Assembly (NCBI GenBank): GCA_018714145.1 | Contig: DVNS01000130.1 | Location: forward strand, 1 to 62,239 | From: Candidatus Avilachnospira avistercoris | Lineage (GTDB): Bacteria > Bacillota > Clostridia > Lachnospirales > Lachnospiraceae | Direction of reading: 5' to 3' | Length of the DNA: 62,239 nt | Shown here: one piece after another, positions 49,219 through 59,845 of the stretch | Layout of the letters: the number at the start of each line of letters is the position of its first letter | How positions within the stretch are numbered: the stretch's first letter is position 1 | Made by a program: the position numbers and the translations under genes | Notes under the pieces: model-generated | The model's input: only the letters and a program-made list of their open reading frames with translations | What the model was told of the DNA's origin: nothing | The model's database searches: none

Positions 49219-50100
49219 GTGGAACAGGCACTTTCATCATATAAGGTATTTTATGAGGTAGCGAAGGCAGGCAATATCTCGAAGGCATCGAAGGTACTGC
49301 TCATCAGCCAGCCGGCCATCTCCAAATCCATAGTCAAGCTGGAGGAGCAGCTTGGAGTCAGGCTGTTTATGCGCAATTCCCGGGGAGTCAGGCTTACTGC
49401 CGAGGGCGAGGTGCTGTTTTCCCATGTGGAGGATGCCTTTGACTTCATAGAGCGGGGCGAGGAGGAGATACGAAGGATAAAGGACTTCAATATCGGCCAG
49501 CTCACCATCGGCGCCTCGACCACCCTATGCAAATACCTGCTGATACCCTATCTGAAGGATTATCTTAAGCTGTATCCCCATATCCGAGTGAGCATCAGCA
49601 ATCAGGAGTCCCTGACTACTCTTAAGGAGATAGAGGCAGGAAGTCTGGACGTGGGGGCCGTGGTGGTGCCGAAGCTTAAGAGCAGCATAAAGTTCCTTAA
49701 GATAATGGACGTGCAGGATGTATTTGTATGTACTCCTGAGTATCTGAAGAACTTCAGGATGCTGGAGGGTGAAGATGCTGACATACTGGAACGGGGCAAT
49801 ATCATGCTCCTTTCCAAGGACAATTTGTCAAGGATCCATGTGGATGAGTATTTCAGGGAACATAATATAGTCCCGAGGAGGATGCTGGACATCTCCTCGA
49901 TGGACCTTTTGATAGAATTTGCCAAGATAGGTCTTGGAGTAGCTGCTGTCATAAAGGAGTTCGTCCTCTCTGAGCTTAAGGAAGGGACTTTGATAGAGCT
50001 GCCCCTTAAGGTCGATGTGCCTAAGAGGATAGCCGGCTTTGCCTATCTTGAATCCAATAAAAATGAGGCACTAAGGAGCTTTCTCAGAAGTGCCGGTTAA
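49219..50100 (+). CDS. LysR-family transcriptional regulator
   Basis: N-terminal wHTH ([33 protein letters not shown]) and a C-terminal LysR substrate-binding domain. GTG start 6 nt after AGGAGG. Confidence 0.9.
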   Translation: MEQALSSYKVFYEVAKAGNISKASKVLLISQPAISKSIVKLEEQLGVRLFMRNSRGVRLTAEGEVLFSHVEDAFDFIERGEEEIRRIKDFNIGQLTIGASTTLCKYLLIPYLKDYLKLYPHIRVSISNQESLTTLKEIEAGSLDVGAVVVPKLKSSIKFLKIMDVQDVFVCTPEYLKNFRMLEGEDADILERGNIMLLSKDNLSRIHVDEYFREHNIVPRRMLDISSMDLLIEFAKIGLGVAAVIKEFVLSELKEGTLIELPLKVDVPKRIAGFAYLESNKNEALRSFLRSAG

Positions 50101-50114
50101 ATCAGGGTCATAGG

Positions 50115-51128
50115 ATGGATAGACTGATAAACACAGATATCATTGAAGAAGATAAGCTTACTGAGGATAAGCTGAGGCCTCAGAGACTTTCAGAATACAT
50201 AGGGCAAAACCGCATGAAGGAGATGCTGTCCGTATATATAGAGGCGGCAAAGAAGAGGGGAGAGCCTCTCGATCATGTGCTTTTTTACGGACCGCCGGGA
50301 CTTGGCAAGACCACCCTCTCCGGCATAATCGCCAATGAGCTCGGGGTCAATATCAAGATAACCTCGGGCCCTGCCATAGAAAAGCCCGGAGAGATAGCGG
50401 CCATACTCAATAACATCTCTGAGGGGGACGTACTCTTTATAGACGAGATACACAGGCTGAACCGGCAGGTGGAGGAGGTGCTCTATCCTGCCATGGAGGA
50501 CTTTGTCATAGACATACTGCTTGGCAAGGAGGCAGGGGCAAGGAGCGTAAGGCTTGAGCTTCCTAAGTTTACCCTCATCGGAGCCACCACGAGGGTGGGC
50601 CTTCTGTCGGCTCCCCTAAGGGACAGGTTCGGCGTGGTACAGAAGATGGAATTCTATACCCCTTCCGAGCTTTCCCAGATAGTAAAGCGCTCTGCACGGG
50701 TGCTCGGAGTAGAGATAGATGATGAGGGTGCCATGCGCATAGCAAGGCGCAGCAGGGGCACGCCGAGGCTTGCCAACAGGCTTCTGAGAAGGGTCAGGGA
50801 CTTTGCCGAGGTAAGGTTCGACGGCAGCATAGACAGCAAGGTGGCGGACTATGCTCTGGACATCTTGGATGTGGATAAGCTGGGCCTTGATCAGAATGAC
50901 AGGGAGTATCTGCTCTGTATCATGAAGAAGTTCGGAGGCGGTCCCGTGGGACTTGAGACCCTAGCTGCAGCCCTTGGAGAGGACAGCGGCACCATAGAGG
51001 ATGTCATAGAGCCCTATCTGCTTATGAACGGACTCATACAGCGAACCCCCAGAGGACGTATAGCCACCGACAACGCATATACGCATCTCGGCCTTGAGAG
51101 GCTGGGACAGCAGAGCCTGAAGCTCTGA
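50115..51128 (+). CDS. ruvB: Holliday junction DNA helicase RuvB
   Basis: AAA+ motifs GPPGLGKTT and LFIDEIHR, sensor regions, and a C-terminal winged helix. Confidence 0.96.
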   Translation: MDRLINTDIIEEDKLTEDKLRPQRLSEYIGQNRMKEMLSVYIEAAKKRGEPLDHVLFYGPPGLGKTTLSGIIANELGVNIKITSGPAIEKPGEIAAILNNISEGDVLFIDEIHRLNRQVEEVLYPAMEDFVIDILLGKEAGARSVRLELPKFTLIGATTRVGLLSAPLRDRFGVVQKMEFYTPSELSQIVKRSARVLGVEIDDEGAMRIARRSRGTPRLANRLLRRVRDFAEVRFDGSIDSKVADYALDILDVDKLGLDQNDREYLLCIMKKFGGGPVGLETLAAALGEDSGTIEDVIEPYLLMNGLIQRTPRGRIATDNAYTHLGLERLGQQSLKL

Positions 51129-51141
51129 GAGGTATTTTGCC

Positions 51142-51606
51142 ATGAAGATGAATGATACTAAAAATGAGATAACAGACGTGCTTATAAACGGCAAGGTATA
51201 CAGCCTTTCCGGAGCTGACAGTGCCTATATCCAGAAGGTGGCCGCCTTTCTTAATCGAAAGACTGCTGAGATAAAGACCACCTCCGGCTATAACCATCTG
51301 TCAGATGAGTACAGGAGCCTGCTCCTAGAGCTCAATATCTGCGATGAATATTTTAAGGCTCTTAATGATATGTCTGATATGCGTGAGCGTATGGAGGAGA
51401 TGGAAAGGGAGCTTTATTCGGTGAAGCACGATATCGTGGGCACGAGGATGAAGCTGGAAGCAGCCCTTAAGCAGCAGGAGGTCTTGGAAAAGCGCTCTGA
51501 GGAGTGGAAGCAGAGATATGAGGAGCTTAGGAGCGGAGAGACCTTTCCTGATGAAGACGAGGAAAGCACCGAGGATATAATCACCATAAAACCGAAGGCC
51601 CAGTAA
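51142..51606 (+). CDS. zapA: cell division protein ZapA-like
   Basis: N-terminal ZapA fold (VLINGKVYSLSG...YIQKVAAFLN) followed by a coiled coil. Start could be 51142 or 51148. Confidence 0.7.
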   Translation: MKMNDTKNEITDVLINGKVYSLSGADSAYIQKVAAFLNRKTAEIKTTSGYNHLSDEYRSLLLELNICDEYFKALNDMSDMRERMEEMERELYSVKHDIVGTRMKLEAALKQQEVLEKRSEEWKQRYEELRSGETFPDEDEESTEDIITIKPKAQ

Positions 51607-51667
51607 GACTTGGTCCGGCAGGGCTGAGGAAAAGATAAAAACAGCAAGCGGATATATAAGACAAGAG

Positions 51668-53020
51668 ATGGATAATATCAGGAAAATGGAATTGCTGGCG
51701 CCGGCAGGCTCATATGAGGCCTGCAGGGCAGCCGTTAATGCAGGGGCGGACGCTGTCTATATGGGCGGTCCGCTTTTTTCTGCCCGGGCCTATGCCGAGA
51801 GCTCCAAGGAGGATATGCTCCTTTCCTCCATAGAGTACTGTCATCTTAGGGGAGTGAGGATATACATGACCCTCAATACCCTTATGAAGGATGGAGAGCT
51901 TGAGCTTATAGAGGATTATCTGAGGCCCTATTATGAGGCGGGACTTGACGGAGTCATCATTCAGGACTTGGGGCTCCTCAAATATGTGAAGGAGCATTTT
52001 CCGGGGCTTGCCCTCCATGCCAGCACCCAGATGACGGTGACCGGACCGGCCTTTTCAAAATTGCTTAGGGATTACGGAGTATGCCGGGTGGTGCCGGCAA
52101 GGGAGCTTTCCCTCTCCGAGATACGGGAGATAGCTGACATAGAGGGCCTTGAGGTGGAGGTATTTGCCCATGGAGCCCTTTGCTACAGCTACAGCGGGCA
52201 GTGCCTCATGAGCTCGCTGATAGGGGGCCGCTCAGGCAACAGGGGCCGCTGTGCCGGGCCCTGCAGGCTCCCCTACGATGGAGGCTACATACTTTCCATG
52301 AAGGACCTGAACACCCTGAGGCTCCTGCCGAAGCTTTATCTTGCAGGTACAGCCTCCTTAAAGATAGAGGGCAGGATGAAGTCTCCCTCCTATGTGGCAG
52401 GGGTGGTATCGGTGTATCGCAAATACCTTGACAGACTTTATGAACTCTTTAAGGAGGGAGGGGAAGAAGCCGAAAGACGCTGGAATAAGGATATGGGTCC
52501 TGAAGCTTCGGACCTTTCAGTGCTTTCAGAGGTCTTTGACCGGGGCGGAAGCACGGAGGGCTATCTCAGAAAGCAGAATGGCAGGGACATGCTCCAGCTT
52601 AAGGAGAAGCCGAAGCTCAGGGTGAGGGATGAGAAGCTCCTTTCAGGGATAGAGGAGCAGTATATCAAGGAGGATAAGAGGATATATATCAGAGGAGAGG
52701 CTGTCTTTGAGGCCGGAAGCCTTCCAAGGCTGAGGCTCTGGCCCGAGGGTTCGGAGCCCTTCTCCCATATATTTCCGGAGGTCTCCGCAGAGGCATGGGG
52801 AGAGCAGGAGGCAGAGGCTGCAAAGAGCCGCGGCCTTACGAAGGAGGAGCTCCTTATGCGCCTTAAAAAGAGCGGAGGGACGGACTTTGTCATCAGGGAT
52901 ATCAGCATCACTGTCAACGGAGAGGTATTTATACCGGTATCACAGATAAATCTGCTTAGGAGGAAGGCCATAGATGAGCTTAGAAAAGGTATGCTGTCGT
53001 GTTTCAGTAGAGGAAGATGA
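51668..53020 (+). CDS. U32-family peptidase-like protein
   Basis: ELLAPAG...AVNAGADAVYMGG N-terminus and an E-x-F-x-H-G-A-L-C-x-S-x-SG-x-C type U32 signature (VEVFAHGALCYSYSGQC). Confidence 0.88.
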   Translation: MDNIRKMELLAPAGSYEACRAAVNAGADAVYMGGPLFSARAYAESSKEDMLLSSIEYCHLRGVRIYMTLNTLMKDGELELIEDYLRPYYEAGLDGVIIQDLGLLKYVKEHFPGLALHASTQMTVTGPAFSKLLRDYGVCRVVPARELSLSEIREIADIEGLEVEVFAHGALCYSYSGQCLMSSLIGGRSGNRGRCAGPCRLPYDGGYILSMKDLNTLRLLPKLYLAGTASLKIEGRMKSPSYVAGVVSVYRKYLDRLYELFKEGGEEAERRWNKDMGPEASDLSVLSEVFDRGGSTEGYLRKQNGRDMLQLKEKPKLRVRDEKLLSGIEEQYIKEDKRIYIRGEAVFEAGSLPRLRLWPEGSEPFSHIFPEVSAEAWGEQEAEAAKSRGLTKEELLMRLKKSGGTDFVIRDISITVNGEVFIPVSQINLLRRKAIDELRKGMLSCFSRGR

Positions 53021-53834
53021 GCAGCTTCAGGCCGCCCTTCTTATGGAGGCGCCTGAGCTTATATATATAGATGCAGCCTCATTTCCGGCAGGAGACTATG
53101 GCAGGCTCTCAGACCTTGTCCATGAGCATGGAAAGCGCATAGGCCTCAGACTGCCGGCCATATTCAGAAAACGGGCAGGTGAGTATTTTGATGCCCATAT
53201 GGCGGAGCTTTCTGAGGCAGGCTTTGATTCGATCCTTGTAAGGAGCCTTGAGGGACTTTCATATCTCAGGGAGCAGGAGAGGCTTCATGAGTTTTTTGAG
53301 GAGCTCTCGGAAGGAAAGAAGGAGCTCATACTGGACCACAATGTCTATGTGTTCAATGCCCTCACCATGGAGGCTCTTATGGAGATAACGGGACTTTCCT
53401 GCTTCGGACTGAGCCTTCCGCTGGAGCTTTCGGATAAGGAGCTTAAAGCCCTTTCAGAAAAGCTTTTTAAAGCAGGATGCAGCCATACGGAGCTTACGGT
53501 CTACGAGCGGGCTCCGATGATGGTCAGTGCCCAGTGCGTACACAGCCTTTATGCGGGCTGTGACAGGCGGCCTTCCTCAGAGGGGATAACTGACAGGACC
53601 GGAAGGCGGCTCATAAGCAAGAATTACTGTGACTTCTGCTATAACGTGATATATAATTCCGTACCTACGGTGCTCTATGACCTTGGAAGGGAGCTTTCCG
53701 GCATCAGGCATCAGGCGGAAAGGTTTGAATTTACCACTGAGAGTGCAGAGGAGGTCAGGGAGATACTTTCCGCAAGCTATCATTTCCCTGAAAATGGCTT
53801 TACGAGGGCTTGGTTCCGGAAGGGAACGATGTGA
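52974..53834 (+). CDS. second U32-family/U32-associated protein
   Basis: 286-aa ORF with a U32-like barrel segment. AGGAGGAAGG lies 6-10 nt upstream of ATG 52974. Overlaps the preceding gene by 47 nt (an alternative start is near 53044). Confidence 0.65.
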   Translation: MSLEKVCCRVSVEEDEQLQAALLMEAPELIYIDAASFPAGDYGRLSDLVHEHGKRIGLRLPAIFRKRAGEYFDAHMAELSEAGFDSILVRSLEGLSYLREQERLHEFFEELSEGKKELILDHNVYVFNALTMEALMEITGLSCFGLSLPLELSDKELKALSEKLFKAGCSHTELTVYERAPMMVSAQCVHSLYAGCDRRPSSEGITDRTGRRLISKNYCDFCYNVIYNSVPTVLYDLGRELSGIRHQAERFEFTTESAEEVREILSASYHFPENGFTRAWFRKGTM

Positions 53835-53916
53835 TGCAGCCTAAAATTGCCTCTATACAAGAAGATGGTTTTTAGGCTATACTAAGTAAGGCCGTAGACA
53901 AGGATGAGAGGTGCTT

Positions 53917-54369
53917 ATGATAGAGGCTGTAAGCTGCGGAGGCATAGTGATATTCCGCGCAAAGATACTTCTTTTATACAAGAATTATAAAAACAGATAT
54001 GAGGGATGGGTGCTTCCCAAGGGCACGGTGGAGCCGGGAGAGACCCATGAGGAGACCGCCCTTCGGGAGGTCCGGGAGGAGACCGGAGCCGATTGCAGGA
54101 TAGTTTCGTATATCGGAAAGAGCTCATATTCATTTTTAGTGCCGGAGGATACGGTGGAAAAGGATGTCCACTGGTATCTGATGAAGGGCAGGTCCTATTA
54201 TTCCAAACCCCAGAGCTCAGAGTATTTCAGGGACAGCGGTTATTATAAATACCATGAAGCCATACACCTGCTGAAATTTGCCAATGAGAGAGCCATGCTC
54301 GAGCAGGCCTTTTTGGAGTATCAGAGGCTGAGAAAGAGCGGGGGCTGGGACGAGATAAGATTCAGGTGA
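53917..54369 (+). CDS. NUDIX hydrolase
   Basis: Nudix box GTVEPGETHEETALREVREETG. ATG 53917 is 6 nt after GAGAGG (the ORF opens at GTG 53911). Confidence 0.85.
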   Translation: MIEAVSCGGIVIFRAKILLLYKNYKNRYEGWVLPKGTVEPGETHEETALREVREETGADCRIVSYIGKSSYSFLVPEDTVEKDVHWYLMKGRSYYSKPQSSEYFRDSGYYKYHEAIHLLKFANERAMLEQAFLEYQRLRKSGGWDEIRFR

Positions 54370-54495
54370 GCGTATGTATGGGTTTTAGCCTTAGGCTGAG
54401 CCTGAAGCTCACATCGCAAAACGGCAAAGCTCAGAGCTTATACATATCGAAAGATAAAGTTAAGACAGTTGAGGCTAAAGTTTAGATAAAATGCC

Positions 54496-54524
54496 TTGAC
54501 GCTCTTTTTTTATAAGTGTAGAAT
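54496..54524 (+). promoter_or_regulatory. candidate sigma-A promoter for pnp
   Basis: TTGACG, 17 nt spacer, TAGAAT. The palindrome AGTGTA-GAA-TACACT overlaps the -10. Confidence 0.55.
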
Positions 54525-54588
54525 ACACTCTGTATGACCGAATGAGGGATATAGTGTAAAGTTAAGGATAAAGAAGAAAGGAAATAAG

Positions 54589-56823
54589 ATGGAAACAGGA
54601 TTTGGAACGTTTTCCAAGCCGCTTAACAGGGAATATAAGACTTATTCCATGGATCTTTGCGGCAGGAAACTCTCGGTGGATATCGGGAGAGTGAGCGCTC
54701 AGGCCAATGGTGCGGTGCTCGTGCATTATGGTGATACTACGGTCCTTGCTACGGCAACGGCCTCCAAGGAGCCGAGGGAGGGTATAGATTTCTTCCCCTT
54801 GAGCGTAGAATACGAAGAGAAGATGTATGCCGTAGGAAAGATACCCGGCGGCTTCAATAAAAGAGAGGGAAAGGCATCAGAGCATGCCATCCTTACTTCA
54901 AGAGTTATAGACAGGCCCATGAGGCCCCTCTTCCCCAAGGATTACAGGAATGATGTCACCCTTGATGACGTAGTTATGTCAGTGGATCCCGACTGTCCCC
55001 CTGAGGTGACCGCCATGCTTGGCTCATCTCTGGCAACGGCCATCTCTGACATCCCCTTTGACGGACCCTGCGCCGCTACTCAGGTGGGCATAGTCAACGG
55101 AGAGTTCGTTTTCAACCCGACCTCCATGCAGAGACTGGTATCTACACTCAATCTGACCGTAGCCTCCACAAGGGAGAAGGTCATCATGATAGAGGCCGGA
55201 GCCGATGAGATAAGCGATGAGGTCATGATCGACGCCATCTATAAGGCCCATGAGATCAACCAGCAGATAATTGCTTGGATGGATGAGATAGTAAAGGAAG
55301 TAGGCAAGGAAAAGCACAGCTATAAGTCCTTTGCAGTGCCCGAGGAGCTCTTTGATGCCATCAAGGCAGAGGTGCCCTCAGAGGAGATGGAGGAGGCAGT
55401 CTTCTGCGATGACAAGCAGCAGAGGGATAAAAATGTCGATGCCATCACCGAGAGGCTCAAGGAGAAGTTTGCCGACAATGAGGAGTGGCTTAATAAGCTT
55501 CCCGATGCCATCTATCAGTATGAGAAGAAGACTGTCCGCAAGATGATACTTAAGGACAGAAAGAGGCCCGATGGAAGAGAGATATCTGAGATAAGGCCCC
55601 TTGCAGCTGAGATAGATGTGGTTCCCAGAGTTCATGGCTCAGGTATGTTTACTAGGGGCCAGACCCAGATACTCAATATATGTACTCTGGCACCCCTTTC
55701 AGATGCTCAGAAGGTAGACGGTCTGGACGAGACCATCACCCAGAAGAGATATATGCATCATTACAACTTCCCGTCATACTCTGTAGGCGAGACCAAGCCC
55801 TCAAGGGGACCGGGAAGGCGTGAGATAGGACACGGAGCCCTTGCAGAGAAGGCCCTCGTACCCGTTCTTCCCACAGAGGAGGAGTTCCCCTACGCCATAA
55901 GGACAGTTTCTGAGACCCTTGAGTCCAACGGCTCTACATCTCAGGCCTCCGTATGTGCATCCTCCCTGTCACTTATGGCAGCAGGCGTGCCCATCAAGGC
56001 TGCGGTAGCGGGCATAAGCTGCGGACTTGTGACCGGTGATACCGATGACGATTATATCGTGCTTACGGATATTCAGGGACTTGAGGACTTCTTCGGAGAC
56101 ATGGACTTCAAGGTAGCAGGTACCCGTAAGGGCATCACTGCCATCCAGATGGACATCAAGATACACGGACTTACAAGGCCCATCGTGGAGGAGGCCATAA
56201 AGAGGACCCATGAGGCAAGGCTCTATATCATGGACAATATCATGGATCCCGTCATCAGCGAGCCGAGAGCAGAGCTTTCAAAGTATGCTCCTAAGATAAG
56301 CTCCATCACCATCGATCCTTCCAAGATAGGCGATGTGGTTGGAAAGCAGGGCAAGACCATCAATAAGATAATCGAGGAGACCGGCGTAAGCATCGACATC
56401 GATGACGACGGAAGAGTATCTGTCTGCGGTACAGATCAGGCCATGATAGATAAGGCCATAGAGATCATCGAGAGCATCGTGACAGACCTTGAGCTTGGCA
56501 TGGTGCTTTCCGGAAAGGTAGTCAACATACTCAGCTTCGGCGCACAGGTAGAGCTGGCTCCCAATAAGAAGGGCCTTATCCACATATCAAAGCTTGCCGA
56601 CAGGAGAGTAGGCAAGGTAGAGGATGTGGTAAAGCTCGGAGATGAGGTCACTGTCAAGGTCATCAAGATAGATATGAGAGACGGCAAGATAGACCTGTCC
56701 ATGAGACCTTCAGATATCAACAGCGACAAGCTCCCCACCGATATAGATGACCGCAGGGACCGCGGTGAGCGCAGAGGCAGATTCGGAAGGGACAGAAGGG
56801 ACCAAAGAGACAGCAGAGATTGA
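54589..56823 (+). CDS. pnp: polyribonucleotide nucleotidyltransferase (PNPase)
   Basis: Two RNase PH domains, KH and S1 domains, plus a roughly 30-aa Arg/Asp-rich C-terminal tail. Confidence 0.97.
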   Translation: METGFGTFSKPLNREYKTYSMDLCGRKLSVDIGRVSAQANGAVLVHYGDTTVLATATASKEPREGIDFFPLSVEYEEKMYAVGKIPGGFNKREGKASEHAILTSRVIDRPMRPLFPKDYRNDVTLDDVVMSVDPDCPPEVTAMLGSSLATAISDIPFDGPCAATQVGIVNGEFVFNPTSMQRLVSTLNLTVASTREKVIMIEAGADEISDEVMIDAIYKAHEINQQIIAWMDEIVKEVGKEKHSYKSFAVPEELFDAIKAEVPSEEMEEAVFCDDKQQRDKNVDAITERLKEKFADNEEWLNKLPDAIYQYEKKTVRKMILKDRKRPDGREISEIRPLAAEIDVVPRVHGSGMFTRGQTQILNICTLAPLSDAQKVDGLDETITQKRYMHHYNFPSYSVGETKPSRGPGRREIGHGALAEKALVPVLPTEEEFPYAIRTVSETLESNGSTSQASVCASSLSLMAAGVPIKAAVAGISCGLVTGDTDDDYIVLTDIQGLEDFFGDMDFKVAGTRKGITAIQMDIKIHGLTRPIVEEAIKRTHEARLYIMDNIMDPVISEPRAELSKYAPKISSITIDPSKIGDVVGKQGKTINKIIEETGVSIDIDDDGRVSVCGTDQAMIDKAIEIIESIVTDLELGMVLSGKVVNILSFGAQVELAPNKKGLIHISKLADRRVGKVEDVVKLGDEVTVKVIKIDMRDGKIDLSMRPSDINSDKLPTDIDDRRDRGERRGRFGRDRRDQRDSRD

Positions 56824-56838
56824 CTCAGGATATGATTT

Positions 56839-58122
56839 ATGAGATCAAAGCTTGATATACTAAAAATATCTTTACTTGCTTTAGCCATGGGAGTTTCACC
56901 CATGGCTAATGCTTATATGACGGCCCATGGAGCCTCGGTGGCAGGTTCGGGCTATGTGGACAGCGGACCGGGAGTAGGGCTTTCTGCCGGAAGCGGCGCA
57001 GCTTCTCAGGACAGTTCTTCTTATCCTGAGGTGCCGGGAGCCTCCATCGATGCCTATGCCTATATGTCTACAGGAGGCACTGCACAGGGGGCCATGACCA
57101 TAGACGGCACCGTGCCCGAGGGCTGTATAGATTCGGTGCTCATGGATGTGGAGGACCCGATAGTCCAAAACGAAGAAGTGTATACCTATGACATCATGGT
57201 GGAGGACATCAATGCCCTTTCCAAGGCCTATTCAAAAAGGCTCAAGGTACGCACCATCGGTAAGTCTGCCGACGGCAGGGACCTTTATGAGCTCATCATC
57301 GGCAACGAGGGAGCAGCTACCCATGTGCTCATAGATGCAGCCATACATGGAAGGGAGTACATCACCTCCAATCTCTGCATGAGACAGGTTGAGTACCTGC
57401 TGCATTTTTATGATGAGGGCAGCTATGCCGGAAAGCCCCTTAAGACATGGTTCGACAATGTTTGCCTGCACGTGGTGCCCATGGTGGACCCGGACGGAGT
57501 GAGCATAAGTCAGTTCGGACTTTCAGGCATAAGGAGCAGTGAGCTTCAGGCCACGATACAGAAGGCCTATCAGGACGATACGGCGCAGGGCTATACCTCC
57601 TATGATCTTGACACATACCTTAGTAGGTGGAAAGCCAATGCAAGGGGCGTAAACCTCAATCAGAACTTCGATGCCATGTTCGATCAGGCCCCTGGGACTT
57701 CGACACTTCCTTCAGCAGAGGACTACAGGGGAGCATATGCGGCATCTGAGCCTGAGACCAAGGCCCTGACGGAGCTTTATGACAGCCGTGTATGGAGAGC
57801 CGTCGTCAATTATCATGCTCAGGGGCGGATCATTTACTGGGATATCGAAAACAATAAGATGCGGGAACACAGCAGGGATCTGTCCAATAATCTGATGCTG
57901 CTTACGGGCTATCAGAAGGCCATAGCCGGGGGTGGCGGAGGCTTCAAGGAATATGTGCAGCTCTGCAGCAGACCTGCAGCCTCGGTGACCATAGAGGTGG
58001 GCCTTGGCACCTGTCCTCTTCCGGGCTCCCAGATGGAGTCGATATGGGCACAGAACAAATTCGTTCCGCTGATGACGATGAAGTGGGCCTATGATAAGTT
58101 TGTTGTCAACAATGACCGCTAA
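56839..58122 (+). CDS. secreted M14-family zinc carboxypeptidase
   Basis: Signal peptide. HGREYIT (HxxE zinc ligands), NLNQNFD and NYHAQG motifs. Confidence 0.82.
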   Translation: MRSKLDILKISLLALAMGVSPMANAYMTAHGASVAGSGYVDSGPGVGLSAGSGAASQDSSSYPEVPGASIDAYAYMSTGGTAQGAMTIDGTVPEGCIDSVLMDVEDPIVQNEEVYTYDIMVEDINALSKAYSKRLKVRTIGKSADGRDLYELIIGNEGAATHVLIDAAIHGREYITSNLCMRQVEYLLHFYDEGSYAGKPLKTWFDNVCLHVVPMVDPDGVSISQFGLSGIRSSELQATIQKAYQDDTAQGYTSYDLDTYLSRWKANARGVNLNQNFDAMFDQAPGTSTLPSAEDYRGAYAASEPETKALTELYDSRVWRAVVNYHAQGRIIYWDIENNKMREHSRDLSNNLMLLTGYQKAIAGGGGGFKEYVQLCSRPAASVTIEVGLGTCPLPGSQMESIWAQNKFVPLMTMKWAYDKFVVNNDR

Positions 58123-58221
58123 AGGCTAAGACCGAAGCATAGAGGACGATATCTGCCTTGGATGTATCAGGACTCAGGCAGATATGCCTATCAAATCATA
58201 TTTTCAAGGATGGAGTAAAAA

Positions 58222-59670
58222 ATGAAGATCCGTACACGTTACGCACCCAGCCCCACCGGCAGGATGCATGTGGGCAATCTTAGGACGGCGCTTTATGCCT
58301 ATCTTATAGCGAAGCATGAGGACGGAGATTTTCTGCTCCGTATCGAGGATACGGACAGGGAACGTGAGATGGAGGGAGCAGTAGATATCATCTACCGTAC
58401 TCTGGAGGAGACCGGACTTAAGCATGATGAGGGTCCGGATATCGGAGGCCCGGTGGGCCCCTATGTCCAGTCCGAGAGGCAGGCTCAGGGCATCTACCTT
58501 GAATATGCTAAGAAGCTTGTGGAAAAGGGTGAGGCCTATTACTGTTTCTGTACTCCCGAAAGGCTAAAGACGCTTACAAGGACCGTAAACGGGGAGGAGA
58601 TAACCCAGTACGACAAGCACTGCCTTTCCCTTTCCAAGGAGGAGGTGGAGGCCAAGCTTGCAGCCGGGGAGCCCTATGTCATCAGGCAGAATAATCCCCG
58701 TACCGGTACCACCACCTTCCACGATGAGCTCTATGGGGACATAACCGTGGACAATGCGGAGCTGGATGATATGATACTCATCAAGTCCGACGGATATCCT
58801 ACCTACAATTTTGCCAATGTGGTGGATGACCATCTGATGGGCATAACCCATGTGGTAAGGGGCAATGAGTATCTGTCCTCGGCACCGAAGTACAACCGTC
58901 TCTATGAGGCCTTCGGCTGGGAAGTGCCGGTGTATGTGCACTGCCCGCTGATAACTGATGAAAATCATAAAAAGCTTTCAAAGCGCTCAGGCCATTCCTC
59001 CTTTGAGGACCTCGTGGAGCAGGGCTTCATTCCTGAGGCCGTGGTCAATTATGTGGCGCTGCTTGGCTGGTCCCCCGAATCTGAAAGAGAGATATTTTCC
59101 CTTTCAGAGCTAGTAAAGGAATTTGATTACAGGCGCATATCCAAGTCCCCTGCAGTATTCGACATGGTGAAGCTCAGCTGGATGAATTGGGAATATATAA
59201 AAGCCATGGACTTTGAACGCTTCTATGCCTTGGCAGAGCCTTATCTGAAAAAGGTCATCACAAAGCCTTTGGACTTAAGGAAGATAGCGGCCATGGTAAA
59301 GACCCGCATAGAGGTCCTGCCCGATATCGAGGGACACATAGACTTCTTTGAGGAGATGCCGGAGTATGATACCTCCCTCTATGTCCATAAGAAGATGAAG
59401 ACCAACGAGGAGAATTCACTGGAGCTCCTTAAGGAGGTAAGACCACTGCTTGCTGAGACTGCGGACTTTACTAATGACGGCCTTTTTGCACTGCTTAAGA
59501 GCTTTGGAGATGAAAAGGGATATAAGACAGGCTTCATGATGTGGCCCATACGCACGGCCCTTTCAGGACGGGCCATGACTCCTGCAGGAGCCACGGAGAT
59601 ACTGGAGGTCCTCGGCAAGGAGGAATCCCTGAGCCGCATCGACAAGGCCATAGAGAAGCTTGGAGGCTGA
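58222..59670 (+). CDS. gltX: glutamate--tRNA ligase
   Basis: Class I motifs: HIGH variant ([14 protein letters not shown]) and KLSKR (KMSKS-type). Confidence 0.96.
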   Translation: MKIRTRYAPSPTGRMHVGNLRTALYAYLIAKHEDGDFLLRIEDTDREREMEGAVDIIYRTLEETGLKHDEGPDIGGPVGPYVQSERQAQGIYLEYAKKLVEKGEAYYCFCTPERLKTLTRTVNGEEITQYDKHCLSLSKEEVEAKLAAGEPYVIRQNNPRTGTTTFHDELYGDITVDNAELDDMILIKSDGYPTYNFANVVDDHLMGITHVVRGNEYLSSAPKYNRLYEAFGWEVPVYVHCPLITDENHKKLSKRSGHSSFEDLVEQGFIPEAVVNYVALLGWSPESEREIFSLSELVKEFDYRRISKSPAVFDMVKLSWMNWEYIKAMDFERFYALAEPYLKKVITKPLDLRKIAAMVKTRIEVLPDIEGHIDFFEEMPEYDTSLYVHKKMKTNEENSLELLKEVRPLLAETADFTNDGLFALLKSFGDEKGYKTGFMMWPIRTALSGRAMTPAGATEILEVLGKEESLSRIDKAIEKLGG

Positions 59671-59717
59671 TGAAAAGTTATCTGCAATATTAAGCGGATA
59701 GGATTTTATAAATAAGA

Positions 59718-59772
59718 GGGAGTGCTGAAGATATCATCAGATAATTGATGAATGAGCAGCACTCCCCTTTTT
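59718..59772 (+). terminator. rho-independent terminator after gltX
   Basis: GGGAGTGCTG ... CAGCACTCCC (10-bp stem; the long loop contains a TCATCA/TGATGA sub-hairpin), then CTTTTT. Confidence 0.7.
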
Positions 59773-59845
59773 GAATCCTTGCTTGGAAAGGGCTTATAAA
59801 GTTTAATTATTTTAGATATATAAACTGCTTGAAATCCGATCTCAG

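Noticed and set aside
54373-54450. Nested inverted repeats after the NUDIX gene (TATGTAT...ATACATA enclosing CTGAGC...GCTCAG)
   Set aside because: The stems are short with long loops and there is no T-tract. This may act as a weak 3' stabiliser or terminator, but the evidence is too thin to call a feature.
58149-58185. 9-bp hairpin ATATCTGCC...GGCAGATAT between the M14 carboxypeptidase gene and gltX
   Set aside because: It has a 19-nt loop and no following U-tract. It cannot be distinguished from a chance inverted repeat, so it is not called as a terminator or T-box element.
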